From Prasinococcaceae sp. CCMP 1430 (Eukaryota > Plantae > Prasinodermophyta): a DNA stretch of 11,977 nt. The notes under the pieces were generated by a model, which was given only the letters and a program-made list of their open reading frames with translations, had not been told where the DNA came from and made no database searches. The translations under genes and the position numbers were made by a program. Positions 1 through 11,545 of the stretch are shown here, in pieces. Position 1 is the first letter of the stretch. Each line of letters begins with the position of its first letter. The DNA lies in assembly GCA_013416795.1 (NCBI GenBank), contig RQSC01000005.1, forward strand, positions 148,116 to 160,092, in the 5' to 3' direction.

Positions 1-1194
1 GCCGACGCCGACGTGCGCGGCGAGATCCTCGGCGCCGGCGACCTCTGGAGCACGGCGACGCATGCGCGCATCGCGCGCGGGCGCGTCGCGCGCGGCGCCG
101 CCGAGCAGCCCGCGTACACGCTCGCGTACATGCCGATGCGCAACCGCGCCGAGGTGCCGCGACTGCTGCTGGAGGAGGGCGGCGTGCCCTACGACTTCGA
201 GGTTGTCGGATTCCTGCCGTGGGCAGAGCTGAAGCAGACCACTCCGTTCGGACGCACGCCCACGCTCACCGTGCATGCGACCGAGGAAACCGAAGAGATG
301 GTGCTCGCGCACGAGCAGGTGCGCGAGCGCGGCACCGCCTGAGGGCGGGCCCGCGCGAGCACGCCCTCGTGCGCCCTTGCACGGCGCAGACCACGCGAGG
401 ACCCCACGCTGACGCGTCGTGCGCGTGCGCGCCGCAGGCTATCACGCGCTTCCTTGCGCGCGAGCTGGGCATGTGCGGCGCCACACCGGCCGAGGAGGCT
501 CGATGCGACGTTTTGTACCAGCAGTATTGGTGCGTGCGCGGGCTCGCGCGGCGCGCAGGGGGGGGGGCTCGGGGTCGCACCGGTGCTGACTGACTTGACT
601 GCGTGGTAATCCGCGACGGCAGGTGCACGCTGCGCAATCACGGCCTCACGCACGAGGGGGAGCACTACAGCGCGGCCGCGCTGGCAGACCTCAGGCGCGC
701 GGATGCGGGCACGCGCGAGGCGATGCTAGCGCACGCGAGGGACTATCGTGCCATGCGGCGCGTCAACGACTGGGAGGTGGCCGAGCGCTCGCTCGCTGCG
801 CTGCGCGTGTTCGAGGACGTCCTCGCGGATCGGTGAGGGCGCGCCGCGCCTCTCGGTCCGTCGGCGCCCGCGCGGGCGCTCGAGCTGACCGAGATCTCTC
901 TGACGCGCGCGTGCGCTCCTCGCAACCACAAGCGCGAAGGACACCACGGCAGACCACGGCGACGGCCCTTGGCTGGTCGGATCGTCGCTGTCGTACGTCG
1001 ACCTGTGCGTCTTCGAGGTGGTGGCCGAGCTCGCCGAGCCCGAGCACGTGCCCGACTTTGCGGACTCGCTCGGCCTTCCGGAGCTTGGGGGCTTGCTCGC
1101 GCGCGTCGGCGCGCGAGAGCGCGTGCGTGCGTACCTGCGCTCGCCCGCGCGCATGCCGCGCTACGAGCGGCCGGCGTACGCGTACTGCGCGTAA
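1..1194 (+). CDS. Glutathione S-transferase-like protein (sigma/Tyr-type N-terminal motif), 5' partial, 4 exons
   Basis: Exons <1-318, 438-529, 623-832, 933-1194 join in frame across GT..AG introns. The N-domain reads YTLAYMPMRNRAEVPRLLLEEGGVPY...TPFGRTPTL...HEQ|AITRFLARELGMCG. The C-domain reads GPWLVGSSLSYVDLCVFEVV (N-capping box/hydrophobic staple pattern). Stop TAA at 1192-1194. The third acceptor (AAG at 930-932) is chosen by frame. Confidence 0.85.
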
Positions 1195-1258
1195 CATATT
1201 ACAGTACGTGGACGAGGCAAGGTTTACCCCCACCCCCCCCGCGCGCGCGCGCCTGGGG

Positions 1259-2235
1259 TCACCTGCAGCCGTATATCTCTGCCATCGCCGGCGCGAGCTT
1301 GAAGGCGCGCCTGAAGAGCCGCATCGCCTGCTCGGAGTCGCCCTCGTGCTCGAGCAGCTCGGCCCTGCGGAAGAGGTCGAACGCCTCGCGCTCCTGAGGC
1401 GTGTCGCACAGCGCGGGCCGGCGCTCGTACATCACGTCCGTGCGGATGATGTACTTGGCGCAGCCCTCTCCGACGGGCGCCCCCTCGTGCGGCAGGTCCT
1501 GGAAGAACGCGAGCACGTCGCCCTTGCGGCAGCGCGCGGCCGCGAGCCACTGGTCCTCAGGCCAGCGGAAGCGCCCCTCGCCGTCGGCCGCCAGCAGCGC
1601 GTCGCCCTGCTCGTGCTCCTTGCCCTCAGCGCGCCGCGCGGCGATGCGCGTCTCCCCGCCGTCCTCGCAGTCGTTGAGGTACACCAGCAAGGAGTACAGC
1701 GACCGCCTGTTGAAGTTTACGACGTTGTAGCCGTCGGTGTGCGGCGAGAAGTGGCCGCCGGGGAGGTAGCGCGCGAACAGCAAGACCTCGTTCACGCCTA
1801 TTTTTGGTGTCCGGCGGGAGGGGTGGAGTGGGGGGGGTCAGGATAGTCCGGCGCGCGGGCTGGCGGGTGGTTGGGTGGATGGGGACGCGGCGCGAGCGGC
1901 CGACGCACCGCATGGATACCAGTCCCCCAGGATGTCGCGCTCCGCGCGCGCTTGGCCGTCCTCGATGCGCACGCGGGGCGTCCACAGGTGCGCGCAGCGC
2001 TCGTGCACGAGCGCGGCCACGCGTTCGGAGGTTACCTCCACCGTGTCGGCCGACCGGAAGGAGCGCTTCGACGACATGTGCGCGCTGGCGTCGGCGCCGG
2101 ACGCCTGGACGCCGGCGGCGGCGCCGGCGGCGGCGGCAGGCGCCGCCGCGTGCCAGAACGAGTAGCCCAGCGCCTCGGACGCGCCGAGGAGCGCGTCGCA
2201 CTCCTCCGGGGCCAGCACGCCGCGCAGCACGAAGG
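1259..2235 (-). CDS. 2-oxoglutarate/Fe(II)-dependent oxygenase (prolyl-4-hydroxylase-like fold), 5' end unresolved
   Basis: Exons ~2235-1909 and 1797-1259, intron 1908-1798 (GTGCGT..TAG). Sequence FVLRGVLAPEECDALL...RSADTVEV...G|VNEVLLFARYLPGGHFSPHTDG...YSLLVYLNDCEDGGET...GDVLAFFQDLPHEGAPVGEGCAKYIIRTDVMY contains the HxD...H triad (His codon 1739-1741). Upstream the frame runs into the N at 2236 and the poly-G tract. Confidence 0.88.
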
Positions 2236-2236
2236 N

Positions 2237-2312
<76 letters not shown>

Positions 2313-2322
2313 GGGGGGGGGG
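2234..2322. repeat. Poly-G homopolymer (poly-C on the oxygenase sense strand) at a single-N join
   Basis: About 87 G interrupted only by N2236 and T2312. True length is unreliable. Confidence 0.9.
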
Positions 2323-2645
2323 ACGTGTGGTCCCGTCTGCCGCTGCCGCCGCGAGTGCGCGCGGCCGCCACCGCCGCCGCCGCCAGGGGCTGGCGGCCCT
2401 CTTCCCGGGCCTCGGCGACCCGGGAGCGCTCTCTCGATCGATGCCAATTCGATCCAAACACTACCCACGCACTGGTCGATTCAGCAAAAGTAAAAACGGG
2501 AGAGCTTTGTGTTTGTGACGTGCAGGTTGGCTGAGTGTGCACGTGTTTGTGCATGTGCAGGAGCGCGCTTCGGGGAACGCGCGCAGCGCAGCGCTGCGCG
2601 CCGCGCCATGCGTGCGCGCGCGGGGAACGGCGTGCGCGCGGGGGG

Positions 2646-3238
2646 NNNNNNNNNNNNNNNNNNNNNNNNNNNNNNNNNNNNNNNNNNNNNNNNNNNNNNN
2701 NNNNNNNNNNNNNNNNNNNNNNNNNNNNNNNNNNNNNNNNNNNNNNNNNNNNNNNNNNNNNNNNNNNNNNNNNNNNNNNNNNNNNNNNNNNNNNNNNNNN
2801 NNNNNNNNNNNNNNNNNNNNNNNNNNNNNNNNNNNNNNNNNNNNNNNNNNNNNNNNNNNNNNNNNNNNNNNNNNNNNNNNNNNNNNNNNNNNNNNNNNNN
2901 NNNNNNNNNNNNNNNNNNNNNNNNNNNNNNNNNNNNNNNNNNNNNNNNNNNNNNNNNNNNNNNNNNNNNNNNNNNNNNNNNNNNNNNNNNNNNNNNNNNN
3001 NNNNNNNNNNNNNNNNNNNNNNNNNNNNNNNNNNNNNNNNNNNNNNNNNNNNNNNNNNNNNNNNNNNNNNNNNNNNNNNNNNNNNNNNNNNNNNNNNNNN
3101 NNNNNNNNNNNNNNNNNNNNNNNNNNNNNNNNNNNNNNNNNNNNNNNNNNNNNNNNNNNNNNNNNNNNNNNNNNNNNNNNNNNNNNNNNNNNNNNNNNNN
3201 NNNNNNNNNNNNNNNNNNNNNNNNNNNNNNNNNNNNNN
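2646..3238. other. Assembly gap (593 N)
   Basis: Run of N between the divergently oriented oxygenase and AGA genes. Confidence 1.
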
Positions 3239-3253
3239 CGCGCGATTGAGCGC

Positions 3254-3297
3254 CGCGGCACTCGCGGCACTCGCGGCGCCCGCGGCACCCGCGGCGC
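3254..3297 (+). repeat. 9-bp tandem repeat CGCGGC(A/G)C(T/C), about 5 copies
   Basis: Units start at 3254, 3263, 3272, 3281 and 3290. Confidence 0.8.
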
Positions 3298-3467
3298 GGC
3301 GTCCGCAGCCCCCCCCCACAGACTTAACCCCCCACAGGGCTTGGATCCGCCGCGCTCGTGGCAGCAGGGTCTGGGGGCGAAGGATTCTCCGCAGCTCGCG
3401 CACCGCGCGAGCTGCGGTGGCCGCAATCGGCTCGCAACAACCCACACCGCACCACCATAACGCGCCG

Positions 3468-5021
3468 ATGCCGCAGCGTCCGCACAGAGCGTCGGCAACG
3501 GCAATAGTGCTCGCCCTGGGCGTGCTCGGCGGGCCTGCCGCGCGAACAGCCGCGTCGCACGCCGCGGCTGCGGCGGTGCCCATCGTGGTGCACACGGTGC
3601 GCTCCGACGCGCGGCGCGCGGTGCGCCCGCGCGTGGCGCCTCGACCCATGCGCCCGCGGATGTCGGCCCCCTTTCTTGCCCCTGACACCTCTCGACGACC
3701 CCCCCCCCCCTCGCACACACACACAACAACGCTCGACGGAAACAAACAAGTGGCCGTGGCACGACGCGGCTGCCACGGCGTGGCGCACGATCGCCGACGG
3801 CGGCGGCAGCGCGCTCGACGCGCTGGTCGCTGGCACGGCGGTGTGCGAGCAGGAGCAATGCGACGGCTCGGTTGGCTTCGGCGGCTCGCCCGATGAGAGC
3901 GGCGAGACGACGCTCGACGCCATGGTCATTGACGGCACCACGATGAACGCGGGCGCCGTCGCCGACCTGCGTCGCGTGAAGCGCGCGAGCGCCGCCGCGC
4001 GCCTCGTGCTAGAGCGCACGTCGCACACGCTGCTGGCGGGCGACCAGGCGACCAACTTCGCCATCGGCATGGGGCTCGAGCCTGCCAACCTGACCACGGC
4101 GCACAGCCACAAGCTGTGGGCCGACTGGCGCGCCGCGGACTGCCAACCCAACTACAGGGAGAACGTGGTGCCCGACGCGACGACGTCGTGCGGGCCGTAC
4201 AAGCCCGCGCAAGCGCGCGACGGCGCCAGCGCGCTCGCGCTGTCACGCGCGGCAGCGTCGCGCAGCTCGCGCGAGCGCGGGGTCGGCCGCGGCAGCCACG
4301 ACACCATCGCGATGATTACCATCGACGGTGGAGGCAATCTCGCGGCGGGAACCAGCACCAACGGCGCGTCCCACAAGGTCGGCGACGAGCGGCGCGCATG
4401 CTCGCGCTTCGGCCGTGTCGCACCGGCCGACTGCCTCGCAGCGAGAGCGGCCGCCGTCCGCTGACCCCCCAACACGCACGCACAACACACACACAACCAC
4501 TCTCCGCGCCAACCGATCGACATCCTGCTGCGAACCTGCCTCAGGTGCCCGGGCGTGTCGGCGACTCGCCCGTGCCCGGCGCCGGCGCGTATGGCGACTC
4601 CGAAGTGGGCGGCTGCGGCGCCACCGGCGACGGTGACCAGGTGCGTCGTCACTCGCTCGTGCGTGCCATCCACCTCGTCCGGATCGCGCTGGCTGACGCC
4701 CGCCCCCCCCTCCCCCCCCCCCCCCCCCCCCCCCGATCGCGACAGATGATGCGCCTGCTGCCGTCCTACCTCGGCGTCGAACTTATGCGCGCGGGCTCGA
4801 ACCCGACGGCCGCGGCTGCCGCGGCCGTCGCGCGCATCGCCAAGTACTACCCGACCTTCTGGGGTGGCGTGGTGTGCGTCAACACGGCGGGCGACCACGG
4901 CGGTGCCGCCAACGTCGGCACGCCCTTCACATACACGGTCGTATCCGCCGCCACCGGCGGCGAGCCGAGGACCGTCGCTGTGAGCACGCTCGACACGCGC
5001 TCGAACGTGCTCTCCTCCTGA
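3468..5021 (+). CDS. AGA: N4-(beta-N-acetylglucosaminyl)-L-asparaginase (aspartylglucosaminidase, Ntn-hydrolase precursor), 4 exons, ~375 aa
   Basis: Exons 3468-3596, 3751-4377, 4545-4640, 4746-5021 are all phase 0. Sequence includes VVHT|WPW, CEQEQCDGSVGFGGSPDESGETTLDAM, CQPNY..CGPY, the autocleavage site HD/TIAM (nucleophile Thr codon 4303-4305), AAGTSTNG and |VPGRVGDSPVPGAGAY. The hydrophobic N-terminus is signal-peptide-like. The start codon is the most plausible choice, but the frame is open further upstream. Confidence 0.95.
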
Positions 5022-5211
5022 CGGGGAGGGGGGAAGGGAGGAACGCCCCCTTGCCCGCGCGTGCTGGCCGTCGCGCTCCGCTCGGGAAGTGCGACCGCGC
5101 ACTCCGACCGCGCACCGGCAGCGCGCTCACCCGGACCGCTCCGGCGCACGAATAGACGAATAATAAGTACGTACACACACAGATGTCGTTCGTTCTGTAT
5201 CATCGGCTACA

Positions 5212-6431
5212 TTACACGATGTTCTTGAACGAGTCCGCGACCGTGAGCAGCGTGCGCTGGACCTTGGGCCAACGCTTGTCGCCGGCGCCGGTGGTGAGCA
5301 CGTAGAACTTGCCGCCATCGATCGCGATGGTGGACACGCCGAAGCGCTTGAACCCCTGTTCGCGACGCGTCCGCGCGGGCGCGGGGGCGGCGGCGGTGGC
5401 GCGCGTCAGCTCGGCGCGCCCGCCAGCGCAGCGAGCGGGTCGGCGAGCGCGTCGGCGAGCGGGGCGCCACGCACGTTCTGGACCACCTCGTAGATGAAGG
5501 TGTAGTACGTGTGGCCGGCGTCCTCGCGCGTGGAGACGTCCTTCAGCTTGAACTCCGAGCCGGGCGTCGACAGCACCTGACGAGGGCGGGCGGGTCAGCG
5601 ATGCGCGCCCGACGCGACCCTGCGCGCCTTCGCCCACGCCCACGCGGGCGCAGGCGCATCCCCACACCCCCTCTCCTCCGCGCGCGCGGCGCGCCGGGCG
5701 CCGCTGCGTACCTTGTCGATGAACTGCGGCGCCACGGTCTTGGCGTCGCCGAGGTCGGTGAGCTTCTCGGTCTGCGTCGGCAGCACCGTCACCGACACGG
5801 ACTCGAGCGGCTCGATGAGGTCCTTGAACACCTTGTCCTGCCCCTGCACGCGCACCTCCTCCCAGCCCTGCGGGTAGAGGAACTCGTAGTTGTCCTGCAG
5901 GTCCTTGACCGGGACGTAGCCGCCGGCCGCGCTCGCGGGCGCAACGCCCACGGCGGCGCCAGCGGCGAGCGCGGCGCCCGCCGACAGNNNNNNNNNNNNN
6001 NNNNNNNNNNNNNNNNNNNNNNNNNNNNNNNNNNNNNNNNNNNNNNNNNNNNNNNNNNNNNNNNNNNNNNNNNNNNNNNNNNNNNNNNNNNNNNNNNNNN
6101 NNNNNNNNNNNNNNNNNNNNNNNNNNNNNNNNNNNNNNNNNNNNNNNNNNNNNNNNNNNNNNNNNNNNNNNNNNNNNNNNNNNNNNNNNNNNNNNNNNNN
6201 NNNNNNNNNNNNNNNNNNNNNNNNNNNNNNNNNNNNNNNNNNNNNNNNNNNNNNNNNNNNNNNNNNNNNNNNNNNNNNNNNNNNNNNNNNNNNNNNNNNN
6301 NNNNNNNNNNNNNNNNNNNNNNNNNNNNNNNNNNNNNNNNNNNNNNNNNNNNNNNNNNNNNNNNNNNNNNNNNNNNNNNNNNCGCGCGTGGCGCGCCGTG
6401 GGCGCGCGCGCGCGCCGCCCCGCGGCGCCAT
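5212..6431 (-). CDS. PPL1: PsbP-like protein 1 (thylakoid lumen, PPL1/cyanoP type); N-terminal part lies in a gap
   Basis: Exons <5987-5712, 5576-5475, 5355-5212. Sequence YEFLYPQGWEEVRVQGQDKVFKDLIEPLESVSV...DK|VLSTPG...GHTYYTFIYEVVQN|GFKR...GGKFYVLTTGAGDKRWPKVQRTLLTVADSF matches the PPL1 pattern. An Ala-rich lumenal-targeting-like stretch follows the gap. The ATG at 6431 (MAPRGGARARPRR) is tentative. Confidence 0.88.
5988..6382. other. Assembly gap (395 N)
   Basis: Run of N inside the PPL1 5' coding region. Confidence 1.
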
Positions 6432-6764
6432 CACTCCGCAAGCGAATCGATGACGGGTGGGGTGGGGTTGGGTCATTAGGGTCAGGGCGAGGCTCAATTG
6501 CAATCATATTTAGTCACGCATATTCAGGGTCCATATTGAGGGAGGGGGCCGGGGGCATGCCCGGGCAGGACGCCTTTCCGCCTCGGGTTGGCGCCGGGAG
6601 CTGGGCGCTCGGGGCGCAAGCGAGAGAGTCGTGCAAGAGCAGGAGCCGCCCGCCCGCCCGGCCTGGCCTGCGGTCTCGATGCGACAAGAAAAGTAATTGT
6701 TACGCGACGGCGCGGGCTCCGAGCGGCCATGCCGTGTCGGATCTACGAGGGGGCCCTGGTGCGC

Positions 6765-8221
6765 TCACATGGTGAGCTCGTCGAGCAGCCTGCTCGCGGC
6801 GCGGGCAGCCTTGCCGGCGACGCTCTTCGCCTGTTGTCGCGAGCGCCGCGGCAGTAGCGGGTTGGGATGAGGGGTTGGGGTGCGGATGTCGGCGGCGGCG
6901 CGCAGCGTCAGCAACGATCTACATGTGGCTCGCGCGCGCTCACCCTGCCGCTGCCCACCCAAGCGCTCTCCCTCTCTCCCCCCCCCTCCCTCTCTGACTC
7001 TCCGCTTCGCCCGGCGCGCGCGCGCACCTTGTTCTTGAGCGCAGACATGTCCTGCTTGGCCTGGTAGCCGAGCTTGTCGATGAGGTCGCCGGCGCTCAGG
7101 TCGACGTCCTCGTCGCGGCCGTAGAACTCGGCGCTGGAGATCGCCCGCGAGCCCTGGAACGCGCTCAGGCGCACCTCGTCCTCGTGCGAGGTGGTGCGAC
7201 CGAAGAAGTCGTCGCTGGAGATGGACTTCTTCTGACCGAAGCGATCCTTCGCCTCTGTGCCCTTGGCCTCCTCGAAGCGCTTCTTCCCGGAGCCGGCGCC
7301 GCTGCCCTTCGCAGCCTTGGGGATCTGGCCGAAGCCCATGGTGCGGCCGAACGGGTTGCCGGCCGCGCTGCTGCCGGCACCGCCCGCGCCACCCGCGGCG
7401 GACGAGGCGCTGCCGTCGGCGTCCTCGGTGTACGCGAACCTGCTGCTCTTGGGTGCGCCCCCGTTGGCGCCGCCGTCGGCGCCGTTGGTCGTGGCCGCGC
7501 CCATCGGCTCGGGCGTGACCGTCGACGGCTTGGGCGGAGGGGGCGCCGTGTCTGGCGCCTGCTCGAACAGGCGATCGTCCACCTTGGACGTCAGCTTGGC
7601 CGCGCCCAGCTTGCTGCCGCCGCTCCTCGACCCCCCCGACTTGCGGCCGAGCACCAGGCTGCGGGTGGCCTTCGCCTTGGGCTTGGGCTTCTCCGCCGGC
7701 GCGGCCGCCGGCACGGTCGGGCCAGCGTCGACGACCTCCTGCGCAGCCACGGGCGCCGCGGCGACCTCGGGCGCGGGCGCGGCGATCGACTCGAGCTCGG
7801 GGTCCGCGCCCTCCATCGACACCCGCGGCGAGGGGCCCTTGGGCGCCGCGCCGCTGGTCGCCTCCTTCAGCAGCAGCTGGCGGTACATGGACGCCGCGCG
7901 GCTCGAGTATTTTTGCGGGATTGAGCCACGGTCGGCACTGCCGTAGCCGTGCTGCGAGAAGTATATCGCCGCGCGCTTGTTCCCCTGCGACACCTCGAAG
8001 ATCTTGAGCTGCTCCTGGGTCCACTTGTCCATGCTCACCGACCGCACGTACGAGGTGGCCACGCCGAGGCCGCGGTGCACGCCCGCGCAGTCGAGGCAGA
8101 TGAACACGCCATACTGCGAGGACGCCCACTTGGGGTTGGGCACGCCGCAGTCGAAGCAGCGCTTGTTCTCCGCCTTGTGAAAGAGCCGCGAGAAGAGCAC
8201 GTCGCGGTCGAGCTCGGCCAT
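6765..8221 (-). CDS. ADP-ribosylation factor GTPase-activating protein, Glo3/ArfGAP2-3/AGD8-10 class, 2 exons, ~419 aa
   Basis: Exons 8221-7028 and 6830-6765. Zinc finger CFDC-x16-CLDC, then HR (catalytic Arg), and [11 protein letters not shown]. Two C-terminal Glo3 motifs ([16 protein letters not shown]) and an amphipathic tail. Confidence 0.93.
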
Positions 8222-8262
8222 GGCCGCGCGCGCGCCACGGCCGGTCCGCGGCGGCCCGCGNG

Positions 8263-9927
<1,665 letters not shown>

Positions 9928-10051
9928 GCGGGGCGTGCGCCGTAGTTGCCGGCCGCTCCGCTCGCCCGCCAGGCAACCGTAACGGGAGTCCCATCTTTTT
10001 GCATGGCGCAGCCCAAGCCACCGCGGCGGTCGGCCCTGCGCGTCAGTCAGA

Positions 10052-10081
10052 CTCTCTCTCTCTCGCGCGCGCGCGCGCGCG
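10052..10081. repeat. Compound microsatellite (CT)6(CG)9
   Basis: Read directly from the sequence in the convergent SUCLG1/Lhca1 intergenic spacer. Confidence 0.85.
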
Positions 10082-10133
10082 TGGATGCGTGCCAGTCGTG
10101 GCCGTCGTACACCATCAAACGTACTCGTAATGC

Positions 10134-10805
10134 TTACAGGCCGTACAGGAGCCAGGGGATGCCACCGTTGCCGACGATGTTGTTGTGACCGGCGTCAGCG
10201 AGGTGGTCCGTCAGGTTGGTGATGGGTGTGCCGCCGATGGCGAAGCCCTGCGCGACGCAGCCCCAGCAAGCAAGCATGGCAACGCGGCCTGCGGTAACGT
10301 CGGCGTCGGCGGCGTGTCGCGCGCGAGGCGGCGGTCGAGCAGAGACGCGAGCGCGCGCGGCGGAGTGTGCGGCAGATGCGTGCGCGAGCGCGTGGGCGGG
10401 GCAGCGAACGCGTCGCCGTCAGCACGCGCCCAGCGCCATCGCATGCGCCGCCGCTCTGGCGCGCACGCGCGCGCAGCGGCATCGCCGCGCGCGGGGGGCA
10501 GCGGCATCGCCGCGCGCGGGGGGCAGCGGCGCACCATTGGCAATCTCCTTCTTCTTCATGTCCTCCAGGTCGAGCTTGTCCGCGAGGCCAAGCACGTCAA
10601 ACTTGCCGCCAGGGTACTTGCGGAGCTCGAAGTCCGACTGGGCGCGCTTGCGCTCCGCGATGGCCATCGTAAGCGCCTGGATGCCCACAACGGAGGCGAG
10701 GGGGATCGGCACGTCGTTGCCGACGTAGGTGGGCGAAGCGCCGTCGCGGAACCACAGCGCAGCGTCCTTCCAGCCACCCTCGACGTTGGGCTCGAGCTCG
10801 GCCGC
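10134..10805 (-). CDS. LHCA1: Light-harvesting chlorophyll a/b-binding protein, Lhca1-like (PSI antenna); 5' exon(s) missing
   Basis: Exons 10805-10535 and 10288-10134. Sequence GWKDAALW..GASPTYVGNDVP..IQALTMAIAERKR..KYPGGKFDVLGL..KKKEIANG|RVAMLA..AQG..NLTDHLADAGHNNI shows helices 2-3 with the EIxNGR and HLAD motifs. Helix 1 and the transit peptide are not found. Isoform assignment is from recalled family patterns. Confidence 0.8.
10473..10530. repeat. 25-bp tandem duplication (2.3 copies) at the donor end of the last Lhca1 intron
   Basis: GCAGCGGCATCGCCGCGCGCGGGGG at 10473 and 10498, with a partial copy at 10523. Confidence 0.9.
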
Positions 10806-10949
10806 CTGCGCGCGCGCATGGGCAGCGGGCGTCGGGCGAGCGAGCGGGCGTCAGCACGCAATCGACGCGGGCGAGCGCGACCAGGCTGCCGGCCCTCGGC
10901 CCGCGGCTGGCGGCCCGCAGTCCACAGCGCACGGCGTGCGTCGCGCCCC

Positions 10950-11007
10950 CAGCGGACAAGCGCTACTGGCTAGCTGCGCAGCGGACAAGCGCTACTGGCT
11001 AGCGGCG
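10950..11007. repeat. 29-bp tandem duplication (2 copies, 1 mismatch) in the upstream Lhca1 intron
   Basis: CAGCGGACAAGCGCTACTGGCTAGC(T/G)GCG at 10950 and 10979. Confidence 0.9.
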
Positions 11008-11179
11008 CAGTGTGCGGTGTGCGGCGCGCTGGCGCCTTCCGGCCGGAGGGGGCATCCATCTTCCCGCGCGGGCGCGGGAGCGCTGGCGGGCGCGAAGGCA
11101 TACGTACACGCCCGCGCACGCGCTGGCAAGCCTCCGCGCGCGCGCCCGCGCTGCACGCGCACGCCGCGCGCGCCGCCGN

Positions 11180-11545
11180 TTGTACTGAAACAACAGAATC
11201 ATCATTTGTTGGGATTGGATAATCAATTCCACTTGGATCTCCATTTGTATCAATAAAAGCAATAACAGGAATATTAAGGCGTTTACATTCAGCTAACGCA
11301 TTTTTTTCTTTAACAGGATCAATAATAATTGCACAACTTGGCATTTTATCTAAGTTACGTAAACCATCAAAATTTCTACGTAATTTTTCTAATTCACGTC
11401 GTTGTTTAATTAATTCTTTCTTCGTTAGAGTTGTATTACCTTGATCTTTTTCTAATGCTGCTAATTTAGAAATACGACTACGAATTGTTTGTTGATTCGT
11501 TAATAATCCACCTAACCAACGGTTAACAACATATAGAGCTTGACA
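11180..11545 (-). other. rps2: AT-rich organelle/bacterial-type ribosomal protein S2 (uS2) gene fragment: candidate NUPT or mis-joined organelle DNA
   Basis: About 31% GC by hand count (113/365). The uninterrupted frame reads YVVNRWLGGLLTN...KKELIKQRRELEKLRRNFDGLRNLDKMP..IIIDPVKEKNALAECKRLNIPVIAFIDTNGDP..IDYPIPTNDDS, with TTA/CGT/GGT codon preference. Both protein ends are missing. Confidence 0.9.

Noticed and set aside
1626-2518. Poly-Pro/poly-Gly proteins in the ORF track
   Set aside because: They are translations of the poly-G tract at an assembly join.
6425-6437. GGAG before ATG as a Shine-Dalgarno site (also 11574-11577)
   Set aside because: These are nuclear intron-containing genes, and the spacing to ATG is only 2 nt.
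10950-11010. CRISPR-like 29-bp repeats
   Set aside because: Only two directly adjacent copies with no spacer, no cas genes, and a eukaryotic intronic context.
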